From Lama guanicoe (lineage: Eukaryota), in assembly GCA_013239625.1 (NCBI GenBank), contig MU054323.1, forward strand, positions 10,571,186-10,635,185: a stretch of DNA of 64,000 nucleotides, in the 5' to 3' direction. Positions 13,301-27,481 of this stretch are shown piece by piece; position 1 is the first letter of the stretch, and every line of letters begins with the position of its first letter. The position numbers were made by a program, and so were the translations under genes. The notes beneath the pieces were generated by a model. That model searched no databases, was not told the DNA's origin, and saw only the letters and a program-made list of their open reading frames with translations.

Positions 13301-16300
13301 ATTTGTATTATTGAAATAAATATTATGTTTCAAATTATAAAGCACCTTAAGCCATGTCTTCTGTTCCCTATTACAAAATATATGAACACCTAAAACTACA
13401 AGTAATAGGACACAGAAAATCACAGACTGAAAAAAAAATCTCTACTTGAAAATAACAGTGTCCAGGCACTTAAGTTGTATGGTGTGGAACACTGTAAAAA
13501 GATATAGCTGTGTCATCAACAGATAAGTTACCCTCAGAGGTAGCTTAAGAAATAGTGGCTGGCTTTAAAATGACTACAAAGAAAACCTGACAATAAAATT
13601 CACTTGAATATCTGACTCTGCAAAAAAAATATTATACTTTGTCCTAGAGGAGTCCTATGTAATTGAAAAGCCTATGGTGTAACAAGAATATCCTTAGTAT
13701 AAGGGCAATCCCAAATGTGATAAAATAAAAATGTGAGCTCTTAAGTACTTTTTAATGTTTCAAAGTCAATGAGGGACTGACTATCAGGAATAGGATGGTG
13801 GTTCTCTCACTTGTAATACATTTTTAAGCCAAAAAATCCCTTAGCAGGGGGTGAGGAAATGTCATTAAGGAAGCTGGAGGCTCGAATCATGAAGTGCCAA
13901 AGGGGCTTTTAGATTAAGCTGTTGAATCAGTCTGCTCTTGGGGTACAAGAATGTGACCAGAGCTTTGTTGGAAGGGCCTGCAGGAACTGCAGGTTCTCAG
14001 GGATCTGCCTGGACCAGAAAGGTAGAATTTGAACTTGAACTTTCTGTTTAAGATGGGAAATTGAGCATAACCTGACCTCTCTCTTTTCCACACCAAACAC
14101 AGAATAGAATAATTTTTGAGTAACAAAGTTAATTAATATTTATCTCATATTGAAGAGAAAGAAAAAGACTTCTCTCTAGATAAACAGGGATTCCTTAAAC
14201 TTCAAAAGAGGAAAAGAAAAAGGGAACCTATTCTGGGCAATAGAGCCAATGCTTTTTTCCTTTAATGAGGCCAAGACCACCCTCAGGAAGCTAGGAGCTG
14301 GGTCATGATGCTCACTGGTACTGCAGAACTAACTTACACCATCCCCCATCCCTGCCATCTTCCCAAGTTGGGGTGAGGGTGGTGATGAGCTACTTGCCTG
14401 TGTCTAGGTTAGGAAAGCTCTAGTCATATGAGACCAAGACCTAGAGTTGTACTGCACCAGTGAGGATGGACTTGGAACCACACCACCCATCCAGGAAAGG
14501 GTCAGACCAGCACAGGCCTGACTGGGAGCCACTTCCCTTCAAGCCTGATTCGAAGGCCCTGCAAGACTGTTTTCCTGAGATATCACCTAGAATATTCAGA
14601 GGTGAAATCTCTGGTCGAAGATGAGCTCACAAACCAAAAATCCTCAAGCCTCTGTGGGAGAATAATACCTTTAAAGGCAGACAACAAAGAGAGTAACTTT
14701 TATGAAGAAATAGAGATAACAGAAAAACATTTAAAAGCTTTTAAATAATCCTTAAGGGCTTTTAAATAACCATTTAATGGGCTTTTATGTAAGTGTCTTA
14801 AAGAAATTCAAAGAGATAAAGGAGGTGATAGCATCCATGAAAAATGTAAGATATGGAATAACAACAGGGGGTTTCAGAAAAGAAAATCCAAAATTTCTAT
14901 TTTGGAAATGAAGGCTGTAAAAAAAGAAATTAAATTATTGTTTATATAGGAAACAAAATGTTAAGGCTGAAGGTGTAGCTCCTAGCATTAAAGGAGAAGC
15001 AAACAGGAGGATGAGGATGAGGGAAGCAGACTCGGAAATGTCCTGGGAGACAAAGAAAGATGTCCAGACTGAGACCATGGAGCTGCTGGGTGCAAGGCAC
15101 TGCTTATATGCCATGTTATTGCACAACAGGGTGGCCTTGAGAGCTCAGAGGATTCAGGCGGGGCTGAACTTTGTGGGAGCTGGATGGTAGGAAAAGATGA
15201 TTCAAAAGGAGGGGCTGGGGCACTTTAACAACTGGGCTAGAAAATAAACTATAAAATAGAAATTAACAGAGTACAGAGGCATAGTGGTGGATGGGCGGTG
15301 GGTAGAAAGGAACCCAGGTCATATATTTGGAAATAGACAGCTTAACTTAGAGAACTAAGAAAGGACTAACTGTCTCTACTGAAGCTTAATGGCAAATTCC
15401 TTAACAGCCAAGTCCAGGGGACATTTATCTAGGTGGAAAGGGAGAGGGCTGCGTGGGTCACCGACTGTATTTGGTTAAAGGTTTCAGAATTGAGTTTGTA
15501 ACCTATTTATAATTCCCCAGAAATCACTCAGTTCTGGAGCTTAAATTCACTGTAAAAGAGTTAAAAATAACCAAAATTGCATTTGCACATAGCTCTGCAT
15601 ATATGCAGAGAAATTTATTCTGTCTGATGCCCCTTCTAAAAGTAGTTTCAAACTAGTCAATTCAGAGCTTGGCAAATGGCCTCTGTGAGCAATGCAGAAA
15701 TATCACGGGGGACCACAGAACAGGAGTCTGGTATTGAAACAAGACTTCTAGACAGATTTTAGGCATTTTATAAATATTAATTTCATACTTAATCAAGACC
15801 CTGTGCACCAGTTTTAGCTCCATCCTGACTTAATGATCGTGGTGCCTCAGTTTCCTCACATGTCCTAGATAATCATAACTCCTTTTGTCTATCTGTTAGG
15901 GTAAGTTGAGTATCCACTTCAAAAATATGAGTGAAAAGATTTTATTAACTGTGATGTGAAATCAGGGTAGTGACTTGGGGGGAATACCCCCTGGGGGAAA
16001 TACACCAAGACCTGGATTCTAAAGACTCTGCTTATCTCGGTGGAAGTGTCAGGAGTACCAATGGGTTTGTGGGATGGCTGCATGGAGAAGATAGGACAGA
16101 ATTACGGTGCTCACTCAGCTCCTCTTGAGTGTTTTATAGAGCCAAGAGAACTGTGGGAAGAGATTCCCCAAATTAAAAAGAAAACAAAGAGAGGCAGGAA
16201 AGTCATACAAATAGGCCTACAGAGATGTCCAGGGGATCGATGCTGGGTTCAGGTGAATCAAAAAACAGTTTGTACAGATTTCAACAAAAAGAGTCCAGAA

Positions 16301-17289
16301 CTTGTTGTGGCATTTGCTGTCTGGATGCCCCTTATCAGATTCAGATTCAGACTCAGATGCAAAGCGTATCAGATCATTGGACCTGAGCAGGGATAGAAGC
16401 TCTGATGGAAACAGGTTCAAGGTGGCACAGAAGGAAGCTGGATGGAGCTGATCAGAGGCTCTGATATGACACCTGAATGTGCAAGGGGATAGGAACTCAG
16501 CCTGGCTCAGCATTCTCTGTGGTGTAAGCTTCTCATGGTAGGATGCTGATTTATTGGAAAGTTAAAGGCCAGTGATTAGTTTACATCACCAATTGCCAAT
16601 GGTGCCACTGAAGTATCAGAAAGCTGAACAACCTTGATGTGAGTCATATATTTTTGTTTTTTCCTCATAGACTGCCAGCAGGATGAAATCATCATTTTCC
16701 TGAAGAAAATGGCTTGATTTCCCTTGATTCTTGTTGCAAAGAGCTTGGACAGGCACTACCATGTTCCATTTGCCCAGGCAGTAGCAGATCTGGGTTCCCT
16801 CCTAGCTTGGAAATCAACATGGACAGGCTTGGAGAAAATACTCTTCTCACAGATTCACAGAGGGCCAGGACTGGGGAGGACCCAGCAGTCACCAAGTCCA
16901 GTGAGCCTTCCATGGAATTCTGTTTTTGAATGAACCCCTGCTCTGAAGGGGCCTGGAGTCCCTCCACTCAGTCATTCTTAGGTCACCTGCCTGGAGACTC
17001 TTGATGTATAAAAGCCCTTTATTTTCAGTTTACGGAAGGTTAAGCAATGTGCCCAGGACTGCATGACGGGATAGCAGTACTGAATCCAAAACCTAGACCT
17101 CCCAATTCTCAGTTGTAGAGTCTCTATTCTGCTTCATAATGTCACTACCCCTCACCTGCCTCCCAGGGGAGGAAAAAAAAGTAGATGAAGAGGCATGAAC
17201 CTCTGGGAAAATGCAGGATGATAGTAAAGAAGGCACAAGGATCTCCCTCTCCTGTGTCACAACTGGAGATGAAGTCATTCCCTCACACT

Positions 17290-17680
17290 TCCCCTACACA
17301 CCGGGGCACTGCATTCTCCCTGAAAACTTCCTGGAGCACTTACTTACCTGATAGGACTGTGAAGGATAAAACTCACCACTCAGTCTATCAGTTTGATCTT
17401 ATAATTCCCCTCTGCTTGGAAGACTTCCTTTTTAAGCCACTCTTTCCTGGCTAAATATCACTCATCATTAAGTCTCTGTTCTCATTTCATTTGCTGATCC
17501 CCAAATTTCAACGATATTTTGCTATTATAATTCCTAATTATACTGTTTATTTTCCTTCCTTTGCAATTAGTAACCACATAAAGACTATTCAAATGATTTG
17601 TTTAATATTCATCTCTCCCATCAGTAGGAAGTGCCATGAGGCCAGGACCATGTCTGTCATTGCATACTCAAGGTCAAGCA
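17290..17680 (+). mobile_element. L2 fragments
   Basis: 'ttccccctctgcttggaa'-like block and 'gtgccatgaggccaggaccatgtctgtc' L2 3'-region motifs. Confidence 0.5.
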
Positions 17681-17951
17681 CAGAGCTTGGCAAATTATAG
17701 CTTGTGGGCCAAATCTGGTCTGTTACCTGCTTTTGTATGAACCAAGAACTGAGAAAAGTTTTTACATTTGTAAATAGTTGGGAAAATTCAAAAGAAGTAC
17801 AATATTTTGTGACATGTGAAAGTTACATGAAATTCAAATTTCAGCATTCATAAATAAAGTTTTATTGGAACATAGCCAGGCTCATTTGTTTACATAACTG
17901 CTCTGGCTGCTTTCATGTTACAATGGCAGAGTTGAGTAGTCTACACAGAGA
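17681..17951. mobile_element. MER58B-like hAT-Charlie (truncated)
   Basis: 'ttggcaaattatagcttgtgggccaaatctgg', 'aataaagttttattggaacatagcc', 'atggcagagttgagtagt'. Confidence 0.85.
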
Positions 17952-18705
17952 AGAAAAGCAGAGAAGGGCCATGCTGAAGTACAGACACGTGTCAGGGATT
18001 AAACTGAGACCTTTCAAACTCCTGCAGCCTTCCCACTTGTTGAGTTTCTCCAAACTGACAACAAGGACTGCAAAAACCATGGCCCAGAATCTAACCTGGC
18101 CCCCGCAGCAGGTTTCCTAGATATCCATGATAGGTAAATACGCTCAAGGACCTGGGATAAAAGATACTTTGTCAGAAGTCACTTTGAACACCTCCCTGAG
18201 AAAAGACACAGGGATAAAAGTATTTCTGGTGAAAAGAGGCCTGATACACTCTGTGCCAAAGTTGAGGTTTCTTTCCTTTCTATTACAAAATGCAACAACC
18301 CCGGGAGTTTCATGTTCTGATGCCACATCGCTCTGCTTTCAGACTTTGCTTTTGTTCCTGCTCACATTTCTGACATGGGAACAAAGCCACAGGCCTGCAC
18401 AGACAAATGTTCCTGGACTACAGTGCCTTGCTGTAACCAGCTGTATTAAGGTAGTAATACTGTGTTAACTCAAGTCTCTTGAAAGTCAGTGATCCTCCCT
18501 TCAATCATTGTCATTGGAATATTCAGGCATATTTCATGCCAACTAATAAATACAAGTGATGTTTAATGACAATAGGGGCTAGGACAGTTGTTGGGGGAAG
18601 CTCTGGGGAAGACAATAATCAAGAGCCTAGAGGAAACTATATTTGAGTTGATACCTTCGATCTCAAACTCTCAGGATTGGAAGAGGCCTTAGAAGGTTGT
18701 CCAGC

Positions 18706-19079
18706 TGTTAAAGACTGAATATTTACATTCATGTGTTGAGTCCTAAGCCCCAGTGTGATGGTATTAGGAGATGGGGCCTTCGAGAGGTAACTGAGTCATG
18801 AGGTCATGAGGGTGGGACCCCCATAATGGAATCAGTGTCCTAGTGAGAACAGGAAGAGAGGCCAGAATGCTCTATCTCTCCAACATGCTATGACATAGCT
18901 AGAGAGGATCTATGCAGGACTATGCAACTCAGAAAGAGAGCTTTCACCCAGAACTGCATCTGCCAGTACCTTGATCTTGGACTTCTCGGCCTCCAGACTG
19001 AGAGAAATAAATGCATATTGTTTAAGCCCTGAGGTCTATATATAGTATTTTGTTATAGCAGCCCAAGCTAACTAAAAAG
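18706..19079 (+). mobile_element. MaLR MLT1A-like solo LTR
   Basis: 'gtgtgatggtattaggagatggggcctt', 'ccttgatcttggactt', 'tattttgttatagcagccc'; TSD ccagc (18701-18705/19080-19084). Confidence 0.9.
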
Positions 19080-19853
19080 CCAGCCCATCCACACACCTAT
19101 TCCACAGCTTCTGCTTGAATTCTTACGTGTTCCCACCTCCCCACCCCTCTAACAGAATCAAAATGACTCCTGATTACTGGTGGAAATTTGTTCCCTGCGT
19201 GACCTGATGTTCTTGGTTCCATCCTTTGGATTCCATTTCCCTTCCATGAAATAGCCCCATAACCATTCGAGGTGTCTCCAATTACCACCCCCTTTCGCAC
19301 ATCCTCATAATCTTACCAGCCTTTTTCTAGGTCCAACAAGCTAATATTTCCTAACCATTCTTTATATTACATGGTTCCAAGTCTCATTTTTCCACTAAAG
19401 CTTTCAGCAGAGATAATAAGCAGCCAATGTGGTAGATTCTTACAGGAAGGTTTCCCTTCCCTGTCTCCCTCCCAGGAATGAGGAAATCAGGAGACACAAG
19501 TAGGTAAAAGGCTTACTAGATAAGTCGCAGAGTGGATCATTAAGAGTGGCTTTCAATTTGGACCCAAACAGTTGTCTTGAAGAAATGACATAAAGAGTGG
19601 ATATTCCTAGTGTTAAGCACAAGGGGGAAAGGACAGAACCCCAGGAAGGAAATGGGACTCCAAATGGGCCATTTTAAGTCTTGGGCCTCTGTGCTTGAAC
19701 TTCAAAGAATTTAAATGTATTTGAGAGTGCATCTAAGGATAAGGGAAAGAAACAAGCAGCCCTGCCACATAGCAGTAGCTAGAAACTGGGCATCCCTGGG
19801 GGCAGTTGGTCTGAAAGAGAATGAGTTCATCTCTTGATGCAGATTATCTGGTT

Positions 19854-20047
19854 CAATGGTTGGCCAAATCCAGCCTGCTGCTGTTTTTGTAATTAGGTTT
19901 TATTGAAACAAAGCCACACCCATCATTTACCTATTAAGTATGGTTGCTTTTGTGGTACAACAGCAGAGTTGAGTAGTTGTGACAGACGAAGGCTCAGTAA
20001 GCCTAAAATACTTACTAGTCCTTTACAGAAGAAGTCTGCCACCCCCG
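19854..20047. mobile_element. MER58A (hAT-Charlie)
   Basis: 'ggccaaatccagcctg', 'gcagagttgagtagttgtgacaga', 'aagcctaaaatacttacta...cctttacagaa...gccacccccg'. Confidence 0.85.
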
Positions 20048-20569
20048 ATCTAGTTCACTATTTCAAACAGTACTGTATGCCTTGCAGCACTAGTTCTATG
20101 TGATACTCTCCCAAATTTGTTGGGAAATTCTTCACACCAGATGTCCCTCTCGGAAATTCACAGAGCTACTAGCCTTTTAAAGGCTCCAAGAAGTCCTGTG
20201 GCACAGACGTTTGTTTACCTTTGTTTAACTCAGCATTCCTCAGACTCTCTTGACCCTACCTATCCATATTCTACGGAGCATAAAGAGTACGCTCAGCAAA
20301 ACACCAATCTTGTTGCTTGTTACTGTTGTTTGAATTGATTTTCTTTCCAATTTTTTTTTTCTAAGCCTGTGGATGCACCTTACTTAGATTTTTCCAGTCT
20401 AGTGACAGTTACGCTGATGAGATTGGAGGAATGGGAGTGGCGCTCCCCTTAGGCCAAAGTGTTACAGGGTAGTAGTGCCTCTCTCCCGAGGGAGGTGGCA
20501 ACGTTAGGAATTGGGGAGACGCCTCAGTGGGCCAGAGGATTCTCCTTCCAATGTCATCATATTGTCCCT

Positions 20570-21500
20570 CTTTATTGAATTATTCCTATGAGCCTAGAAC
20601 ATAGTATCTTTCATCACAAAAAACAAACCATCTCTTGAACACCATCCCCATGCCACTTGAACTCACTTCTTTGCTGACATTTACAACAGAACTCCTTTAA
20701 AGCATTGTCTGTACACATTTCCCCCAATCTCCTCTTCCTAGTCTCTCTTGGCTCTGCTCTAGTGAGACTTTCTCCCCTACCACTCCCCTGAAATGGCTCT
20801 TGTCAAGGTCACCATGACCTCTGTATGGCTAAACACAATGGTCAAGGCTCAGTCACTGCACTCATAATGTCCACTGTATTCTACACAGATAATGACCCTT
20901 CTCCCCAAATACTTCCTTCTCTTAGCTTCTGGGATCCTACTCTCCTTTGGCTCTCCCCCTGCCTCACCGGCCCCTCCTTCTCAGCCATATCTCCCCAACT
21001 ACCAACTGCTGGAACACCCAAAGGCCCCTCACTAGAATGCTTTTCTCTATCCACACATTCTCTAGGTGATCTTGTACTGTATCACAGCTTTAAATACCAA
21101 TGACTCCAGCATTTCTATATTCAGCTTTATTCTGGAATATTATTTCCCCAGAAATTTTCTTGCCTCACTTCTTTCATGTTTTTGCTAAAATATCACATTA
21201 TCAGTAAGGTCCTCACTGACCTTTCTCTATAAATACATGTACAGATAACACTCTAACCACTAACTCTTGCCTGTCAGTGCTCCCTTAGCAGGCTTTTTTT
21301 TTCTTTCCTTCTTAGCACTTATTACCATCTGAAATCCTCTGTATCTGCTTAGTTATTTCTTACTTGTTTTTTTTTTTTCACTCATTACAACATGAGTTTT
21401 CTGAAGGCAGGGACTGTTTTGTTTTCTGATATAATCCAAGGGCCTAGAACCCTGGAAGACACATAGTAGGCACTCAGTAAATATTTTAGAAGGAAGAATA
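20570..21500 (+). mobile_element. L2 (L2a-like) with 3' end
   Basis: 'ctcttgtcaaggtcacca', 'gctaaacacaatggtca', 'tagcacttattaccatctga', 'cacatagtaggcactcagtaaatatt'. Confidence 0.85.
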
Positions 21501-24009
21501 GAAGTGTGAGTTGTCTGCCTTGGGATTCTAAGGGTCAACATGATTCATGCTAAGTTTAGGTCTCTTTCCCTTGAATCACAGGGCTTTAAGTGTCAAAGCT
21601 GATATTCGAAACCTTATCATGTGATGGACAGGGGACACAGCTTCCATTTTTGCTTTCATGGAGTTTCTCAGTGGAGGCCAACTTTGAACCGATAATGGCA
21701 ATTCATCCCTTGACCTCTGGGCGAGGTTCGTTTCGTGGCTTCTTATTATCACCACATAATGACCCTTTGAGACCAAGAAGGTGTTTGTCCTTAAATGGTC
21801 ATTACTTCTCCTTGTGGCATAAATCTTAGAGAATTCTCCAGCACGAAATAAAGTTACATCTCACATTTAAGATGAATTCCTCAACTCTCTAAACTATGAC
21901 CATTATGAAGTGGTAAGTATCTCATGTGGCTTGTGAGGTGTCCCTGATCTCCTGGCTGGCCTCTCATATTTGCATCTTTAGTTTTTAATGCCCAAATCTC
22001 ACCTAGGTGAAAGGCTTTACTTTTGTTACCCTTACCAGTGTCTAGTCCCAAGCACTGTGAGTCTCTCCTTCCATTTTGAGGAGGTTCTGCTATACCAGTG
22101 GCAAGTAGGGCTCTGTGAGATCTTTACCCTATCCTGGTGGCCCACAAAAGAAAAACGTTAAAAACCACTGTTTTGAAGGTCTTTCCTTACTCATCCATCA
22201 ATTCAAAATGAAGAACATCTTAGAACCCAGAATCTTAAGATTTGGTTAGAATCTCAAATGTCATCTTGTCCCACCCACCATTTTGCACCAATCCAGTGAC
22301 CCCTGAAACAATGTGACATGAAGGTCACCCCCTCTTGAGTCCCTCTCTCAAAATATTTTCACTCTCATACAACTTTCCTTAGCATGAGTCAAAACCAGTC
22401 TCCCTAAAGCCTTCACACACTGGTCTTGGTTTTGTCCTTGAGACTTAGTCCCATGTAAATCTCACCTTTCACTTATTTGCCAGGTCTTCAAATCAGCCTG
22501 TGAGTACAGAAAAAAGTGTGTGTTCCATTTATGTGGGACCTAGATACCAACATAACTCTTTTGGTTATTAAAACATATATAAGTTAATAAATCTTTCTAT
22601 TTGCCCCTAGGTAGCAACAGGAGTATAAAGGACTGTCATTACTATTGTGTTGATGGAGAAATCAAGACATATAGATGGCAGAGAACTCACTGTTGGCTTC
22701 GTGGACAAATAATTTGGGGATACTAGTCCTTTGTTCTGACTCAGATTCCCTAATGAATTACATACGCTGGAGAAAGCTATTATAACGACTCCAAGACCAT
22801 TAGAATTCCTATTATTGAGGAAGATGCACTTTCATTTAAAGGGTTTCATTCTTCTTAGATGACTTCTACTTTCTGCTTTCCCTTCATTCGAATTCCACGC
22901 CTATTATTTCCACTCCACTGCTGGCCTGATAAAGCTAACATACCACTCACACCAGCCAGCAAACTCAACTCCAGGAAGCAGCAGACAGGAGCCCTTGGTC
23001 TGCTGGAGACAGTGGTTTCTCTCCAGTTTGGTCAGCGGGACGGATTTAAACTGACAAGATCATAGCTCTACAAAAATAAGATCTCTTAATTGTCCTGTGG
23101 AAGGAAAAGGTCACTGGGCAAATGTTACCCTGTATCTCATTTGACAGCCAGAGTCTGGGCATCGGCATCAAATCATTTTTCTGTAACTAGATTCTGACTC
23201 TCAACAATAATTAAAAAAATGACTAGATAAAATCATGCTCCAGGTCTGCTCATGAATTTTGTTACTTGAATACATTTCACTTATACTGAAATCAGTCTGC
23301 AGTTGCTGACACTGGACTTTCTTCAGGATCCCACTGGAAAATTTATTTGAGGTGTCTGGGGCCATTAATCGACTCTCCCAGATCCCTGTTGGAGCCCATT
23401 TCTTAGGCTTCAGCTCCCTAGGAAGAACAGAAGTTTCTTTCACATGATCTGGGTCAGTAATAACTACAGGGCATGGGAGGGGGCAGGCAGAGAACCATCA
23501 CCCATCAGAGCAAATGTGATTCACCTGGCAGACTCCAGGGATGGACGGGCTGCTGAGGGATGGCAGCAAAAAGCACTGCCATCAGAGCTGCAGGCCTTGA
23601 GGGACGGGAGGTGGGGGACACTGTGCAGAGCAGGGAGCCTGCAGGGGACGCTTCCTCCAGCTCTCCATGGTGTGCGGTGGATAGAACCTATAATGCATTT
23701 CCTCCTTGGGCCGCAGAAGCGTATTTTCAGATTCAACATTTATTGAGTATCTACTATGTGCCTATCCAAAAAGTAAACATTCTCATAAATGGACTTCATT
23801 TAATCTTCATTAGAAACCCTGTGAGTTAGGTGGAATTGTAGTATCCTGGGTTTTTGTTTGCTTGCTTGTTTGCTGTTAGCAATTTGATTAAATGGTTAGT
23901 TATGTCAGTCATCTTAAATCTCACTGGGAGGAAGGTGGAGGCTGGATAATTAAATGAACAAACAGTGACAAACATAAGTTCTTCCTCTACAATAATGTCA
24001 GTACCTCCT

Positions 24010-24130
24010 TGCCAGAGCAGATCAGGCAGGATGACTTGTCCAAGATCACCTGGCCCAGAAGTGGCAGAATTAGGACTTGACTCCAGGGCAGGTACCAGAA
24101 CCCATGCTTCCTCCTCCTGCGAGCCCACCC
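24010..24130 (-). mobile_element. MIR fragment
   Basis: 'tgacttgtccaagatcac...aagtggcagaattaggacttgactccagg'. Confidence 0.65.
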
Positions 24131-24746
24131 AACTATTCTCCATGTTAATTTATCTGTTTAATGCCTTGTACTTATGAGACACCTCTGTAGTCCCATCTCA
24201 GGAGTGTTCTAGCAGTGTCTCTGATTTCAAATGTAACTTGCATCTATCTGCTTCCTTCACTTCTAGCCATAAGTCTGTTTTTTTAAAAAGTCTTTATCTG
24301 AGTGATTATTAAAAGTCCCCGATAAGTTTCATTTCAGTCTGCTTTCTTGGTCTCACTCATTCCTGGTAGTCATGTCCACATCTCAGGGTTCCCGCTGACC
24401 AAGTAGGAATTCTACTTCTGGCATGGGTAATTTCTCTCTTGTTTCCAAAGTTATTATGAGATGAACCAGCGCTGAGCCAGCTGAGAAGGAATCAGAGGAC
24501 AGTATCCTCTTGTGGTCATTCTCTTCCCAGACACCGCTTTTCTGACCTTTTCTTTCTTTTCCCATGGCCCCACGCCCTGAAGGCTGGACTCCTGTGGAGG
24601 CATCCACAGCAGCAACTTCTCTAGGTACTTCAGTTCACAAAAGGGGTGGGAGTGGGAGAGCCACACGCTGTTTGCTGGGAGGTTGGGCTGTTAACGTTAA
24701 GGAGGAGGTGAATCTGGGAACAGGCAGTTTCTTCCCTCCTGTCTTC

Positions 24747-25180
24747 TGACAGACTCTCCTTGACCTAACTCTCAACAGGCTCCTCAAAGCCCTCTACACC
24801 TCAACCTTCAGAGTCCCTCCTTGTCCGGCTTACATAGCCCAAATTTAGTAAGAATCCTGCCAAGTCAGTTTATCCAGATCCCTACCCCGATATCTGACCA
24901 AATTATTCATGCCCCACACCCCTCAGCTGATAACTGATCACCCCAGCCTGCCTTTAGAAAGATTCCTGTTAGGTCAGTGTAACAAGAAATAACCTACCCT
25001 CCTAGCACTTTTCTATTCACCAACCACTCTTTGGCTATAAATGCCCACTTCTCCTTGTTATGGATACAGAACCGAGCCCTGTTCTGTGCTGAGATCTCTT
25101 TTCTCCTACTGCAATTGTTCCTGAGTTAAATGTCTTTGTACTGCTGTAACCACTGTCCAGCTCTGGCTCTTTTCCAAATG
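24747..25180 (+). mobile_element. ERV1 MER31/MER67-type solo LTR, copy 1
   Basis: Begins 'tgacagactctccttgacc'; shares 'ttagtaagaatcctgccaagtcagttta' and 'ttggctataaa' with the three downstream copies; 3' end divergent and approximate. Confidence 0.75.
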
Positions 25181-26677
25181 TCCACAAATATCTTTGGGAT
25201 TTTAGAGTTCTGAACTACACATCTCCCTCAGAACAACCTAGGAGGAAAGGAAGTGAAACAAATACAAAACTCAGGGAGTATGACCTCCTCTCACTTGGGT
25301 GTGCTGACACAGGGACTGGTCGGAGTGTATATATCAAGATACAATATCAAACATGAGCTTTGTCAGAAAGGAAAAACATACAGAGCAAATTCATGAATTC
25401 TAGTCCTATTTACATATGAATCCCCAAATTAATTGTTTGGTCATAAGTGTTCTGCCAAGATTGCGGTCATCATCAGTAGCTTTCTGTACATGAACCTAAA
25501 AAACCTTATTAACCCAAATTATTTTTTGAATGCTTGCGCCAAAAGGAAGCCTGGAGCTAAATTTAGTGTTCAACTGCAATCATAAATTTATCCCAGATGC
25601 CTGGCATTTCTCATTCTCCTCTTCTTTTAATTAGTTTTGGCTCCCTTTCCATTTTTAATTGTCAAGGTTTATTTGAGATTTAACATAATAAATCGCCTCA
25701 ATCCCTTTTGCATTTCTACTCAGGAAGTCCAGTTAGCTAATAGTTTCAGATGTCGACATTCCTTTCAGGGAACAAGCTTTTCCTATAAAAATCAGCTTTG
25801 GAAACACATGTGTAAATGGAAACATGGTCCACCAGTTCAGGTACTGCTCTTCTCTGCTGTGGACACCAGGAGACATTCAGTCTTCAGCCGACCATGTGTC
25901 CTCTAGGTACATAAGCACCTTATACATCTGCGTCTCCTCCACCAAGAAAATAAAACCCTCTTCTCTATGGAACGGAGACTTTGAACACCAGGTAGTGGGC
26001 CTGAGTTCAGTTTTTTTTCCCACAACAAATAAACAGCATTTTGTATCATTAAGTGAATTTGCACTGTCCAAGCAAAATGGTTTTGAAAACTGCCAAATGT
26101 GATTATCAAGACTGATTTACTCCTGCCCTCCAGTAACCTGGTTACTTAACTTTGTGCAGATTCAGCTGGGTTGCTTTTCCCCGGCTAAACAGGGACAGGT
26201 CCACTTCCAGCGAGTAAAGGAAAAGGTGAGCTCTACAGCACAGGGACTAATGGGCAATAAAGCAGAGCCAGTGTTTGCTGCCGAACTCCATCATCTTGCT
26301 TCCAATCAGTGCTGGTCTGGTCCAGGCAGCTCAGGCCATAGGAGACTCACCAGTGATACCAGGGATTCAAAAAAGTGAGGGTAGCCAGGGGCAGGGTTAT
26401 TCTCCCTCCACCCTTCCTGTGGTTCCTTCCCTGAACCAGTGCCCCAATTTTCTTGGGCCCCTGGGTCCTTGAACACCCGCCGACCAGTATTATCTGCTTC
26501 TCCAAACCCTTCCTTGACTGCACACCCTGTAGCAGGTTCCAGAGGATGCTGGTACCAGTGGGATCTGGTTTGTAACCACAGCTCTGCCACTTGCAGCTCT
26601 GTATCACTTGACCTCTTAGAAATTCAGGCAACAGGGAGGATAACACTCATCTTATGATTAAATTTAACCTATTTCAA

Positions 26678-27300
26678 AATGAAAACAGAGTATCAAAAAG
26701 ATAGCTGCACTCCCATGTTTATTGCAGCATTATTCACAATTGTCAAGATGTGGAAACTCAGGAGTCTGTCAATGGATGAATGGACAAAGAAGATGTAGTA
26801 TGTATGTATGTATGTATGTGTGTACATACATACATAAATACATATATACAGTGAAATATTATTCAGCCAGGAGAAAGAAGGAAATCCTGCCATTTTGTGA
26901 CATCACGGATGGATCTTGAGGGCATTATGCTAAGTGAAATAAATCAGTCTGAGAAAGACAAATACTGTAGGATAACACTTGTATGTGGAATCTAAAATAG
27001 GCAAACTCAGAGAAACAGAGAGTAGAATGGTGGTTGCCAGGGGTTAGAGAGTGGGGGAAGTGGTGAGATTTTGCTCAAAGGGTACAGACTTCCAGTTATT
27101 AGATTAAGAAGTTTGGGAATCTAATGTATAATTGTGATTGATTATAGCTAATAATACTGTATCCTATATTTGAATGTTTCAAATACTATAGTGGTAATTA
27201 TTTGGAAATATATAAGTGTGTCAAATCACCACGTTGTACACTTTAAACTTAACACAATGCTAAGAGTCAATTATATCTCACTAAAGCTAGAAAAAAAATT
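26678..27300 (+). mobile_element. L1MA9-like 5'-truncated L1 (ORF2 tail + 3' UTR + short polyA)
   Basis: 'ctgcactcccatgtttattgcagcattattcacaat', 'gcattatgctaagtgaaataaatcag', 'caattatatctcactaaagctagaaaaaaaa'; perfect 20-bp TSD ttaaatttaacctatttcaa (26658-26677/27301-27320). Confidence 0.92.
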
Positions 27301-27481
27301 TTAAATTTAACCTATTTCAAGTGACTGGCATGATGTCAGGGCACCAGTAAAGGCCCAGTTATCCTCCCTCTCTATTCTTCAACCTCTACCCCCCGCAGAC
27401 TCCCCTACATTGTCTCTTTTCTTCAGGGTTCTCCCCTCTAGACTGACAGCACATTCCATCCGCTCCAAATGATTCAGAGAT

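Noticed and set aside
14728..14787. Three degenerate ~21-23-bp tandem units
   Set aside because: No spacers, AT-rich; ordinary slippage repeat, not CRISPR-like
16650..16720. Strong polypyrimidine/AG acceptor at 16670
   Set aside because: All three frames close within ~50 nt and no clear donor; cannot support a coding exon
16040..18468. ORFs of 90-118 aa (e.g. 16040-16396, 18127-18468)
   Set aside because: No recognisable domain, overlapping ORFs on both strands, many with non-ATG starts; consistent with chance
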